Source: Anaeromyxobacter sp.
GTDB lineage: Bacteria > Myxococcota > Myxococcia > Myxococcales > Anaeromyxobacteraceae
DNA length: 64,000 nt
Assembly: GCA_049840735.1 (NCBI GenBank)
Contig: JASGJN010000022.1
Span: 416,001 to 480,000 of the forward strand
Reading direction: 5' to 3'
The translations under genes and the position numbers were made by a program. Positions within the stretch are counted from its first letter, which is position 1, and every line of letters starts with the position of its first letter. Under the pieces are notes generated by a model, which had not been told where the DNA came from, searched no databases, and worked only from the letters and a program-made list of their open reading frames with translations. Of this stretch, positions 9,552 to 20,000 are shown one piece after another.

Positions 9552-10097
9552 ATGCGAAGACTCGCCCTCGTCACCGCCCTGGCGCTCTCCGGCTGCGCCT
9601 CGCTGGGCGCGCCGCCGGCCGGCTTCTACCGGGTGCCGGGCACCGCCCCCATGCCCACGCCGCTCTCCGCGCGCGAGGGCGCCCAGAGCTTCCGGTTCGA
9701 GCTGCCCGCCGGCGTGGCCTACACGGTCGAGGCCGCCACCGCCGGCGATGACCTCGAGCTCCGCACCGAGGTGAAGAACGGCGGGCGGGGCGCCATCGTC
9801 TACGCGCTGGGGCGGGCCCGCGTCCGCGCCGGCGAGCACGCGCTGGTGGTGGTGAGGACGCACGACGACCCGAGCCGGGCCCCGCTCACCAGCGCCATGA
9901 CCACGCCCGCCTATCGCGAGGGCCAGCGCGCCATCGCCGCCGGCGAGCGGCTGGTGGTGACCCGCACGCTCCGGCTGCCCGAGGCGGTGGCTGCGGGCGA
10001 TGCCGTCCGGCTGCTGGAGCGGCTGGTGCTGGAGGACGCCGTCACCATCGGCGGCGCGGCCGAGCCGGTGCGCGTGAGCTTCGAGAAGGCGCGGTAG
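9552..10097 (+). CDS. Hypothetical lipoprotein
   Basis: MRRLALVTALALSGCAS lipobox; ATG at 9552. Confidence 0.75.
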   Translation: MRRLALVTALALSGCASLGAPPAGFYRVPGTAPMPTPLSAREGAQSFRFELPAGVAYTVEAATAGDDLELRTEVKNGGRGAIVYALGRARVRAGEHALVVVRTHDDPSRAPLTSAMTTPAYREGQRAIAAGERLVVTRTLRLPEAVAAGDAVRLLERLVLEDAVTIGGAAEPVRVSFEKAR

Positions 10098-10107
10098 GAA
10101 ACGGGAT

Positions 10108-10146
10108 CTGCTCGCCCCCGCCCCTCTCCCAGTCGGGGGCGAGCAG
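10108..10146. terminator. GC-rich hairpin between convergent genes, probable terminator
   Basis: Perfect 13-bp stem CTGCTCGCCCCCG / CGGGGGCGAGCAG; U-tract weak. Confidence 0.55.
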
Positions 10147-10417
10147 CTCCCAACGCCCCCCGCCAGAGAGGCGGCCGCGGGCCGGCGTGAGCCGAAGCAG
10201 CGCGGCGAAGCAGACGCATCGTCGCGCACCCTGCGCCAGATGGGTATCCCCGGAGCCTAGGGCGTCCTCGCCGGCCGCGTTGACGGACGGCAAGGACTGA
10301 CCCCCAGTCGATGAGAGCCTCCTCAGGAACCGGGGCGGCGCGGCGGGGAGGCACGGCCAGCGCACCTCTGCGCACCGTCTCGATCCCGGACGCCCGCTCT
10401 CCCGCGTCCTGCCGCCG

Positions 10418-13039
10418 TCAGTGCACCACCACCTCCGGCTCCACCGGCCGCTGCCCCCTGGCGAAGGAGATGTTCCCGTCCTTCCCCTCGTCGACCACCA
10501 CGTGGTCGCCGGCCTTGAACTCGGCCTTGAGCAGGCGCGTGGCCAGCGGGTCCTGGATCATCCGCTGGAGGGCGCGCTTCAGCGGGCGGGCGCCGTAGAC
10601 CGGGTCGTAGCCGGCGTCGGCGATGGCCTCGCGGGCCGCCTCGGTCAGCTCCAGCGTGACCTGCCGCTCCTCCAGCAGCTTGCGCAGCCGCGCCAGCTGG
10701 ATCTCCACGATGCGGCCGATGTCGGCCCGGGTGAGCGGGCGGAAGACCACGATGTCGTCCACGCGGTTCAGGAACTCGGGCCGGAACTCGGCGCGCAGGT
10801 TCTCCAGCGCCGCCTCGCGGAGCTGCTGCATGTCCGAGCCGGGCCGGCCGGCCAGCCGCTGGATCTCGGCCGAGCCGATGTTGGAGGTCATGATCACCAC
10901 CGCGTTGCGGAAGTCCACCGTCCGCCCCTGCCCGTCGGTGAGCCGCCCGTCGTCGAGGATCTGCAGGAGCACGTTGAAGACGTCGTGGTGCGCCTTCTCA
11001 ATCTCGTCGAGGAGGATCACCGCGTAGGGCCGGCGGCGCACCGCCTCGGTGAGCTGGCCGCCCTCGTCGTAGCCGACGTAGCCGGGGGGCGCGCCAATCA
11101 GCCGCGAGACGGCGTGCTTCTCCATGTACTCGCTCATGTCGATGCGGACCAGCGCCGCCTCGTCGTCGAAGAGGAACCCGGCCAGCGCGCGGGCGGTCTC
11201 GGTCTTGCCCACGCCGGTGGGGCCCAGGAAGATGAACGAGCCGATGGGCCGGTTGGGATCCTGCAGGCCGGAGCGGGCCCGGCGGACCGCGGCCGAGACC
11301 GCCTCCACCGCCTCGCGCTGCCCCACCACGCGCCCCTCCAGCCGCGTCTCCATGCTGAGCAGCTTCTCGACCTCGCCCTCCACCAGGCGCGAGACCGGGA
11401 TGCCGGTCCACTTGGAGACCACCTCGGCGATCTCCTCCCCCGTGACCTCCTCCTTGAGCATGGCGCCGCCGGACTGGACCTGGGCCAGCTTCTCCTCGGC
11501 CGCCTTCACCTGCCGCTGCAGCTCGGGCAGCCGCCCGAACTTGATCTCGGCCGCCTTCTGGAAGTCGGCGGCGCGCTCGGCGGCGGCCTGCTCGGTGCGG
11601 AGCTGCTCCAGCCCGGCCCGCGCGTCGTTCAGCTCGCGGATCACGCCCTTCTCGGCGTCCCAGCGGCTCTTGAGGCGCGTGAACTCCTCGTTGCGCGCGG
11701 CCAGCTCCTTCTCCACCGCCTCCAGCCGCGTGCGCGAGCCCTCGTCCTGCTCCTTCTTCAGCCCCTGGCGCTCGATCTCCAGCTGGCCGATGCGCCGCCG
11801 CACCTCGTCCACCTCGGTGGGCATGGAGTCAATCTCGATGCGCAGCCGGCTGGCCGCCTCGTCGATGAGGTCGATGGCCTTGTCCGGCAGGAACCGGTCG
11901 GTGATGTAGCGGTGGGAGAGGCGGGCCGCGTCCACCAGCGCCGCGTCCTGGATGCGCACCTTGTGGTGCAGCTCGTAGCGGTCCTTGAGGCCGCGCAGGA
12001 TGGAGATGGTGTCGGTCACCGAGGGCTCGCCCACGAAGACCGGCTGGAAGCGCCGCTCCAGGGCCGGGTCCTTCTCCACGTGCTTGCGGTACTCGTCCAC
12101 CGTGGTGGCGCCGATGGCGTGCAGCTCGCCGCGGGCCAGCGCGGGCTTCAGCATGTTGCCCGCGTCCATGGCCCCCTCGGCCGCGCCGGCGCCCACCAGC
12201 GTGTGCAGCTCGTCGATGAAGAGGATGAGCTGGCCCTCCGAGGCCACCACCTCCTTCAGCACGGCCTTGAGCCGCTCCTCGAACTCGCCGCGGAACTTGG
12301 CCCCGGCCACCAGCGCGCCCAGGTCCAGCGCCAGGAGCCGCTTGCCCTTCAGTCCCTCCGGCACGTCGCCGTCCACGATGCGCCGGGCCAGCCCCTCGGC
12401 GATGGCGGTCTTGCCCACGCCGGGATCGCCCACCAGCACCGGGTTGTTCTTGGTGCGGCGGGAGAGGATCTGGACCACGCGCCGGATCTCGTCGTCCCGG
12501 CCGATCACCGGGTCGAGCTTGCCCTGCCTGGCCAGCTGGGTGAGGTCCTTGGCGTACTTCTCCAGCGCCTGGTACTGGCTCTCCGCGTCGGGGGAGGTGA
12601 CCCGCGCGCCGCCCCGGACCTCGCCCAGCGCGGTGCGGATCCGGTCCGGGCTGGCGCCCGCGGCGCGCAGCGCCTCGCCGGCGCCGGTCTTCTCGGCGGC
12701 CGCGGCCAGCAGCAGGTGCTCGGTGGAGACGTACTCGTCCTTGAGCTTGCGGGCCTCGTCCTCGGCCCGGTCGAAGAGCTTCATCAGCCGGTGGGCAGGG
12801 TAGGCCTCGCCGCCGGTGACCCTGGGCACCGTGCGCAGCTCGTCCTCGAGCTGCCCGGCCACGCGCCCCGGGTCGGCGCCGATCTTCCCCAGGATGGCGC
12901 GGGCGATCCCGTCCTCCTGGGCGAGCAGCGCCAGGGCCAGGTGCTCGACGTCGATGGCCTGGTGGTCGCGACGCCGCGCCTCGGCCTGCGCGGCGGAGAG
13001 GGCTTCCTGGGCCTTGACGGTAAGCTTCTCCAGTCTCAT
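10418..13039 (-). CDS. clpB: ATP-dependent disaggregase ClpB
   Basis: [14 protein letters not shown] start; two AAA+ modules ([16 protein letters not shown]); coiled-coil M domain; GARPLKR. Confidence 0.98.
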   Translation of the reverse strand: MRLEKLTVKAQEALSAAQAEARRRDHQAIDVEHLALALLAQEDGIARAILGKIGADPGRVAGQLEDELRTVPRVTGGEAYPAHRLMKLFDRAEDEARKLKDEYVSTEHLLLAAAAEKTGAGEALRAAGASPDRIRTALGEVRGGARVTSPDAESQYQALEKYAKDLTQLARQGKLDPVIGRDDEIRRVVQILSRRTKNNPVLVGDPGVGKTAIAEGLARRIVDGDVPEGLKGKRLLALDLGALVAGAKFRGEFEERLKAVLKEVVASEGQLILFIDELHTLVGAGAAEGAMDAGNMLKPALARGELHAIGATTVDEYRKHVEKDPALERRFQPVFVGEPSVTDTISILRGLKDRYELHHKVRIQDAALVDAARLSHRYITDRFLPDKAIDLIDEAASRLRIEIDSMPTEVDEVRRRIGQLEIERQGLKKEQDEGSRTRLEAVEKELAARNEEFTRLKSRWDAEKGVIRELNDARAGLEQLRTEQAAAERAADFQKAAEIKFGRLPELQRQVKAAEEKLAQVQSGGAMLKEEVTGEEIAEVVSKWTGIPVSRLVEGEVEKLLSMETRLEGRVVGQREAVEAVSAAVRRARSGLQDPNRPIGSFIFLGPTGVGKTETARALAGFLFDDEAALVRIDMSEYMEKHAVSRLIGAPPGYVGYDEGGQLTEAVRRRPYAVILLDEIEKAHHDVFNVLLQILDDGRLTDGQGRTVDFRNAVVIMTSNIGSAEIQRLAGRPGSDMQQLREAALENLRAEFRPEFLNRVDDIVVFRPLTRADIGRIVEIQLARLRKLLEERQVTLELTEAAREAIADAGYDPVYGARPLKRALQRMIQDPLATRLLKAEFKAGDHVVVDEGKDGNISFARGQRPVEPEVVVH

Positions 13040-13134
13040 GGGCCGAACGTAACGCCGCGCAGGACGCTGGCAAGCGACGTGCCTTCCGCGATAGACCAGG
13101 GGGGAAGCGACGCGCACCCCCCTCCGGGACCCCG

Positions 13135-14706
13135 ATGCCAGGCCAGGCGCAGCCCATCTCCGCCGCACGGGTCGCCCTCTTCCTGGCGGGCGTGCTGGCG
13201 CCCCTGCTCCTGCTCTGGGCGTTCGCCCCGCCCGACCTGGTCCTGCCCACCGACGTCTACACCGGCCTCCACGCCGGCATCGAGCTGGTGGTGGCGGCGG
13301 TGGGGCTGGCCACCTTCGCCGTCCAGTGGTTCGCCGCCGGCACCGGCGTGTTCCGCGAGGCGCGGGCCCGCTTCCTGGCCGCCACGTTCCTGGGCGTGGC
13401 CGCGCTCGAGGTCCTCCACTACCTGTGCTTCCCCGGCATGCCGGGGTTCCTCGGTCCGGCCACCACCGAGCGCGGCATCTTCTACTTCCTGGCCGCGCGC
13501 GCCTGGACCCTGGCCGCCCTGCTGGCGGCGCTCTTGATGGGGCCGGAGACCGAGCACCCGCTGCTCCGCCGCCGCTGGCTCTTCGCCTGGAACGGCGCGC
13601 TGCTGGCGGCGGTGGTGGCGTTCGACCAGCTGGCCGGGCCGGACCGGGCCTGGTTCTTCGTGCAGGGGCAGGGGCTCACGCCGGCCAAGAAGCTGATCGA
13701 CGCCGGGATGGCGGCGGTGGCGCTGGCCGGCGCCGCCCGCGCGCTGCAGCGGGCGCGGCGCGTGCGCAACGACCGCGCGCTGGTGAAGGTGGCGGCGGCG
13801 CTGACGGCCATGGCCGCGTCGGAGGTGGCCTTCACGCTCTACCGGTCGCCGCACGACCTCTTCAACGTGGTGGGGCACGTCTACCTGCTGCTGGCCTTCT
13901 GGTACCTCTTCGACGGGCTCTTCGTGGCGGCGCTGCTCCAGCCCTACCGCGAGCTGGAGCGGCTGCGCGCCCACGTCGAGGACGAGCTGAAGGTGACCAT
14001 CCGCCGGCTGGAGAAGGTGACCGAGCAGCGCGAGGACCTGCTGCGGGCCGTCTCGCACGATCTGCGCAACCCGCTGCAGGTGGTGCTGCTGCAGGTGGAG
14101 CGGCTCTCGCGCGCGGCCGGCGACCTGGCGGTGGTGCGCCGGCCGGTCTCGTCCATCCGCTTCGCCGGGCGGCGCATGGAGCGGATGCTGCGCGACCTGG
14201 CCGACGCCAGCCGGCTGGAGGGGGGCGCGCTGCAGCTGGACCGCGCCCCGCTGGCGCTGGGGCCGTTCGTGGACCAGCTGCTCGAGGTGGAGCACGGCGT
14301 GCTGGAGACCGACCGGGTCCGCAACGAGGTGCCGCTGGGGCTGCCGCCGCTGGACGTGGACGCCGACCGGCTCGACCGCATCCTGGTCAACCTGGTGGGC
14401 AACGCGCTCAAGTACTCGCCGGGGACGGTGGTGATCGGCGCCCACGCCGGCGACGGCGAGGCCTGCCTGTGGGTCAGCGACGAGGGACCGGGCATCCCGC
14501 CCGCCGACCTGGCGCGCCTCTTCGAGCGCTTCTACCGGGGTCACCGCCACGAGGGCGAGGGGCTGGGGCTGGGCCTCTTCATCGTGAAGCGCCTGGTGGA
14601 GGCGCACGGCGGGCGGATCGAGGCCGAGAGCGCGGTGGGGCGCGGGAGCACGTTCACCATCCACCTGCCGCTCTGGCGCGAGCCGGTGGTCACCAGCGGC
14701 GCATGA
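13135..14706 (+). CDS. Membrane sensor histidine kinase with MASE3-like input domain
   Basis: Multi-TM N-terminus (LHAGIELVV..), H-box [10 protein letters not shown]-box [21 protein letters not shown]. Confidence 0.9.
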   Translation: MPGQAQPISAARVALFLAGVLAPLLLLWAFAPPDLVLPTDVYTGLHAGIELVVAAVGLATFAVQWFAAGTGVFREARARFLAATFLGVAALEVLHYLCFPGMPGFLGPATTERGIFYFLAARAWTLAALLAALLMGPETEHPLLRRRWLFAWNGALLAAVVAFDQLAGPDRAWFFVQGQGLTPAKKLIDAGMAAVALAGAARALQRARRVRNDRALVKVAAALTAMAASEVAFTLYRSPHDLFNVVGHVYLLLAFWYLFDGLFVAALLQPYRELERLRAHVEDELKVTIRRLEKVTEQREDLLRAVSHDLRNPLQVVLLQVERLSRAAGDLAVVRRPVSSIRFAGRRMERMLRDLADASRLEGGALQLDRAPLALGPFVDQLLEVEHGVLETDRVRNEVPLGLPPLDVDADRLDRILVNLVGNALKYSPGTVVIGAHAGDGEACLWVSDEGPGIPPADLARLFERFYRGHRHEGEGLGLGLFIVKRLVEAHGGRIEAESAVGRGSTFTIHLPLWREPVVTSGA

Positions 14707-14752
14707 GGTCCGCGCGTGGTGAGCCTGCCGGCCCCCGCGCGGCGCGCGCCGC

Positions 14753-17008
14753 TCAGCGCGCGAGGTCCGGGTAGGCCTGGCGCAGCAGCGCGTCGGCGGA
14801 GCGCCCGCCGCGCTGCGCGGCCTCCACGTCCAGCCCCTCCCCGTGCCCCTCGCCGCGCCCCTCGAACCGGACGGTGACGCCCCGCGCCTCGGCGCGGGTC
14901 GGGCAGGCCGGCAGCTTGAGCGGGCCGCGCAGCGCCTCGCAGGGCCGGCTGCGCCGCTCCTCGTAGGGCGCGGCCGGGTCGCCGCCGCTGGCCAGGAAGC
15001 GGACCTGGCCGCCGCCGAAGGCCAGCTGGCGGGCGCCGGGGCCGAGCGCCGCCTCCACCGCCGCCTGCGTCCGCTCGGCGCTCCAGGGCTCGGACCCGCC
15101 GCGGGAGAACGGGCGCCAGGGGCCGGGCGCGAGCGGCGCCGAGAGCGCGGCCCGGTCCTCCGGGTGGACCGGCGCGACGCCGCGGAAGGCCTGGCAGTGG
15201 GTGGTGTCGCAGGCCGGGCGGCCCGGGTGGCGGCCGGCGGGGGACTGGCCGTTGGCGTCGGCCACGCGGGCCAGCGCCACCCGCGCCTCGCCGGCCAGCC
15301 CGTCGGCCTCGGCGGCCACCACGCCGGCCGCGTAGCCGAGCCGGGTGGCGCGGAGCACCAGGTCCGAGCCGCGGCGGGCGCGGGCCTCGCGGGCGGTGGC
15401 GGGCGTGCCGGTGGAAGGGGAGGGGGCGCGGGCCGGCGCGGGCGGCGCCCAGGTGAGGACGCCGGCGTAGGTCCGCAGCGGCACGCCCTTCCCCTTCACC
15501 TCCCAGCCGCCGCCGGCGCAGACCAGCGGCCCCAGCCTGGCCAGCGGCGCCAGCGGCGCGAACCCGGCCGGCGTCGCCACCGGGCCGGCCGATGCGGCGG
15601 CGAACCCGGCGCCGGCGCAGCGCGCCTCCAGCGCCGCGGGGTCCACCAACCCCAGCACCTGCACCCGCGCCGCCCCGTCGGCCGGGGTGCGCGCGCGGGC
15701 CAGCGCCGCGGCGAGGTCGCCGGCGAAGCTGCGCGGGGTCCGGCCGCTGCGCACCATCACCACGACCACGTCGCGGTCCACCGCGGCGACGAGCCCGAGC
15801 CGCGGGTTGGCGGCCGCGTCCAGCACGGTGCCGGTCTTGAGGGCCACGCCGCGCAGCGCGGGGGAGGCCGGGAGGCCGGAGAGCGTCCCCTCGGCGGCGT
15901 TGCGCGAGAGGACGTCCACCAGGTCGGGCCGGGCCTCGGCCAGGAGCCGGTAGGCCTGGGCCAGCCCCAGCGGCGAGAGGCGCAGCGAGGGCTTCACGCC
16001 GATGGCCTCGGCGCCGTCGGCGGGCAGCGCCGAGAGCCCCAGCGCGCGCAGCGCCGGGCCCCAGCGGCCGAAGCCGATCACGGCCGGCGAGCGGGCCGCC
16101 CAGTCCAGGAACCAGCCGTTGCAGGAGCGGAGCAGGGCGGTGGCGGCGTCCACGCGCGCGGGGAGCTCCGGCCCGCAGCGCCAGGTGGCGCGGCCCGGGT
16201 CGGGGGCCAGCGCCGGCAGCGGCCCGGGCGCGCCGGCCAGCAGGAAGGGCTTGAGCGTCGAGCCGAAGGGGATGGGCGCACGCGCCGCCCCCTCGGCCAG
16301 CAGCACCTCGCCGCCATGCCGGGACAGGACCACCAGCGCGTCGCCGGCCGGCGCCTCCGGCGCGGCCAGGTCCTCCGGCCGGAGCGGGAGCCAGCTGGCC
16401 CCCGCCTCGCAGCGCCCCAGCGGGCGCGCCAGCGCCGGGGGCAGGCGCCCGGGGCGCGCCGGGGTCTCCGCCAGGAGCCGCGCCAGCGCGCGGCGCGCCG
16501 CCGGCGTGTCGAGCGCGGCCGGGTTGGCGCCGGCCGCGGCCTGCCGGGCCTGCAGCGTCCCGATGGCGCGGGCCAGCGGCAGGTAGCGCTGCCCCTCCTC
16601 GGCGGCCGCCCAGCTGGCCAGCTCGCCGCTGGCCGCCAGCGCGAAGGCCTCGTGGAAGAGCCGGTCGCCGGCCGCGGCGGGGCAGGCCTCCAGCAGCAGC
16701 TGGTGGGCCACCTCGTGGCGCAGCGCCAGGCCGCCGGCGCCGGAGAGCGGCAGCTCGGGCCGCAGCGCGATCACGCCCGGCCGGCTCTGCCCGGCCTCGG
16801 CCGGCCCCAGCGCCGCCGGCAGGAGCCGCACCGGGCGGGGCGCGGCCGGGAGCGCCACGCCCTCGGCCGCCAGCAGCGCCGCCTGGTCCTCCCAGGCCCG
16901 CGCCGCCAGCGCCTCCGCCTCGGCGGGCAGGCCGCCCCCGGCGCGGAAGGCCGGCGGCGGCGCGGGGGCCACCGCCAGCAGCGCCAGGGCGGTCGCGGCC
17001 AGGATCAC
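14753..17008 (-). CDS. YfaQ/DUF2300-like secreted multidomain protein: HExxH + PBP-like (SxxK/SxN/KTG) + SpoIID-like
   Basis: Signal peptide; HEVAH..LFHEAFA; GSTLKPF, RSCN, LKTGT; GVVAAEA, CDTTHCQ, GHGEGL; last gene of the macroglobulin operon. Confidence 0.8.
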   Translation of the reverse strand: MILAATALALLAVAPAPPPAFRAGGGLPAEAEALAARAWEDQAALLAAEGVALPAAPRPVRLLPAALGPAEAGQSRPGVIALRPELPLSGAGGLALRHEVAHQLLLEACPAAAGDRLFHEAFALAASGELASWAAAEEGQRYLPLARAIGTLQARQAAAGANPAALDTPAARRALARLLAETPARPGRLPPALARPLGRCEAGASWLPLRPEDLAAPEAPAGDALVVLSRHGGEVLLAEGAARAPIPFGSTLKPFLLAGAPGPLPALAPDPGRATWRCGPELPARVDAATALLRSCNGWFLDWAARSPAVIGFGRWGPALRALGLSALPADGAEAIGVKPSLRLSPLGLAQAYRLLAEARPDLVDVLSRNAAEGTLSGLPASPALRGVALKTGTVLDAAANPRLGLVAAVDRDVVVVMVRSGRTPRSFAGDLAAALARARTPADGAARVQVLGLVDPAALEARCAGAGFAAASAGPVATPAGFAPLAPLARLGPLVCAGGGWEVKGKGVPLRTYAGVLTWAPPAPARAPSPSTGTPATAREARARRGSDLVLRATRLGYAAGVVAAEADGLAGEARVALARVADANGQSPAGRHPGRPACDTTHCQAFRGVAPVHPEDRAALSAPLAPGPWRPFSRGGSEPWSAERTQAAVEAALGPGARQLAFGGGQVRFLASGGDPAAPYEERRSRPCEALRGPLKLPACPTRAEARGVTVRFEGRGEGHGEGLDVEAAQRGGRSADALLRQAYPDLAR

Positions 17009-17011
17009 GGG

Positions 17012-20000
17012 TCACCGCGCCGCGGAGGGCACGATCTCCAGCGTGGTGGCCGCGGTCCGGCCGTGCACGCGCGGCGCGTACATGTCCTCGATGGTGGCGG
17101 GCGGCGCCGAGAAGCGGCCCGGGAAGGCGGCGCGCATCACGTAGCCCACGGTGCGCGGGCTGGCGCTCCACCAGGCCGGCTCCTCCAGGTAGAAGAGCGC
17201 GCGCTCCGGGGAGAGCGAGCGGCGCTTCACCGCCTCGTGCCCCAGCGGCAGGTCGTAGGGCGGGCCGCGCCAGGCCTTGTCCTCGGAGAGCGGCGCGAAG
17301 CCCGCCGGCACGGCGTCCTCCACCACCGTGTAGGCGGAGCGGAGGGCGCGCCAGCCGTCGCCGGCGTGGGCGTCGAGGGTGAGCTCGACGTAGACCTCCT
17401 CACCCTGCGTGACCTTGTCGCCGGCGCCGAGCGGCTTCCGCTGGCCGCCCGGGAGCAGCCGGTAGTAGCGCCGCTCGATGGACATGCCCTGCGCCTCGGC
17501 CTTGACCGAGGCCAGCGGCACGCGCACCCGCGCGCGCAGCTCGGCCTGCCCCTCGAACGCCGCCACCGTGACCGCCTTGACCGACGGGTCCAGCCGGGCC
17601 GACTGGCCGGCGCCGCGGGCCTCCAGCTTCACCGCCCCGCCGCCCTCCGCCTTCACCTCCGGCGGCGGCGCCGCCTTGAGCGCCTTGGCCTCGCGCTCCA
17701 CCAGCCAGAGGCTGTGCAGGATGGCGGTGGAGCGCTCGAAGGTGGAGAGCGCGCCGCGGTCGGCCAGCGCCTCGGCCAGCCGCCGCCGCGCCGCCGCCAC
17801 GTCCACCTCGCCCAGCGAGGCGGCGTGGCCGATCACGGCGGTGAGGCCGGCGCGGCGCAGCGGGTAGTGGTAGGCCACCTCGGGGTCGAGCTGCAGGCCG
17901 GCGGGCTGGGCCAGCGCGTCGCGCGCGCGGGCGGTCAGCACCGCCAGCGCCGCCTTGACCGGCGGCTCGGCGGCGATGCCGGCCCGGTCGGCGGCCAGCG
18001 CCGCCAGGGCCACGGCGTAGAGGTCGGGGTTGCCCGCCTCGCCCACCCTGGCCAGCAGCGCGCGCACCCGCACCGCCTGGCGCGGACCGTCCAGCCGCGC
18101 CAGGACGTGCACGCGGGTGGCCTCCAGCTCCAGCGGCAGGTCCTCCCTGGCCTCGATCCAGCGGGCCGACTCGACCACCCGCGGGTCGTCACGCGAGAGC
18201 AGCCCGGCGTCGATGGCGTAGGTGAGGCCGTCCAGCGCGATCAGCGTGAGGGGCACCGAGGGCTGGTCCTCGCCGGAGAACCAGGTGAAGCCGCCGCCCG
18301 GGCGCGCCAGCGCCAGGATCCGCTCCAGCCCCTGCGCGGAGCGGGAGCGGGCCTCGGCCAGCAGCGCGCGGGAGGGCGCGTCGAGCGCCTCGAGCTGCCC
18401 GGAGGTCTCGAGCAGCCGCTGCAGCGCGATGTTGGGCACGGTGGTGGAGACCAGCTGCTCCAGGCAGCCGTGCGGGTAGGTGAGCAGCTCGTCCACCTGC
18501 GCCATCATCAGCGAGAGCGTGGAGGGGCGGAGCGCCAGCTGCAGCTCCTGCACCTGCGCCCCGGCGGGCAGCTCGAGCGCCAGCCGGCCGCCGCCGGAGG
18601 CGGAGGCGGTCAGCACCTGCTCCACCGAGCCGGGCCGCACCGGCACCTCGCGCCGGTCGGCCAGCGGGCGGTCGCCCCCCTGCAGCGCCAGCACCACCCG
18701 GCCGCCGCCGGCCTTCGCGGCCTCCAGCGCCACCGGGATCACCTGCTCACCCTTGGCGGCCAGCGCCACCGAGGCCTTGACCGGCGCGCCGGAGAGGGCG
18801 CCGTCCAGCGCCACCGCCAGCTCCACCTTGCCGGCCTGCCCCTTCTCGCCGCGCGCCAGGCGCACCGAGCCGACGGCCCGGTCCCCTTCGCGCAGGAAGA
18901 GCGGCGCCGAGGCCACCACCAGCGTGCCGCCGCGGGCGGTGAACTCGCCGGTGCCCTCGCCGAAGCGCCCGGAGGCGTCGGCGGCCACCGCCGTGACCGT
19001 CCAGATGGTCTGGTTGGCCGGCAGCGGGAAGGTGACCGTGGCCCGGCCGTCCTCGTCGGTGGTGACGGCCGGGTGCCAGAAGGCCGTGTCCACGTCGCGC
19101 TGCTGGGTGGGCGGCTTCACCGCCGCGAAGGCGTGGCCGCGGGCCAGGAAGGCGCGGGCCAGCGCCTCGCCGTAGCCGTACCCCTGGAACTCGGAGGACG
19201 TGAAGGTGGCCACGTTGTTGCGGACCAGCGGGTAGAAGAAGTCCAGCGCGCGCGGGCGGAGCTCGCCCTGCAGCGCGTAGATGGCCTTGTCCACCACGCC
19301 CACCGAGAGCTGGGCGCGCACGCCGTGGCCCTGGTGGTCGGTCACGCGCAGCGCCAGCGTCTGCGGGCCCAGCGGCTCGGCCTCCGGCCGCTCCGGCGAG
19401 ATGCTGACCTGGAGCAGCCGCTCCAGCGGGACGATCCGGAACGGCACGGTCCGCTCCTCCCAGCGCCCGGCGGCGGTGGGGTAGGCGACCGAGGCGTAGA
19501 CGGCGCTGCCGAAGCGCTTCTCCACCGGGAAGCGGTGGATGAGCGAGAGGCCGTCCACCTCGACCAGCCGGGTCTCGAAGAGACCGGCGCCGGAGAGCGT
19601 GACCCACACCCGCCCCTTGGCCTTGCCGTCGGGGCCCCAGCGGTCGGGGAAGAGGGCCACCAGCTCGGCCTCCTCGCCCGGCGCCAGCGCGCCGCCGCGC
19701 GAGGCCAGCTGCAGCGCCGGCACCCGCACCGACTCCTGGCCGTCCTTGCCCACCACCAGCAGCGAGGTCTCGCCCGACCACTCGTGCCCCTGGGCGTCGA
19801 GCAGCTTCACCCTCGCCACCACCGTGCCGGCCGCGGGGGCGGGCAGGGCGCAGCGCCAGGTGCCGTCGTCACCGGTCGTGAACTCGGCCTCGGAGAGCTT
19901 CTTCTCGTCGCCGTCGGCGCGCCGCAGCGCGAACGCGACCTTGCCCTTCACGCCGCCCAGCGCGGCGCCGGAGAGGCGGGCCGAGCGGACGGCCAGCGTC

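Noticed and set aside
13040..13134. CIRCE or other heat-shock operator upstream of clpB
   Set aside because: No TTAGCACTC-N9-GAGTGCTAA or other convincing inverted repeat seen.
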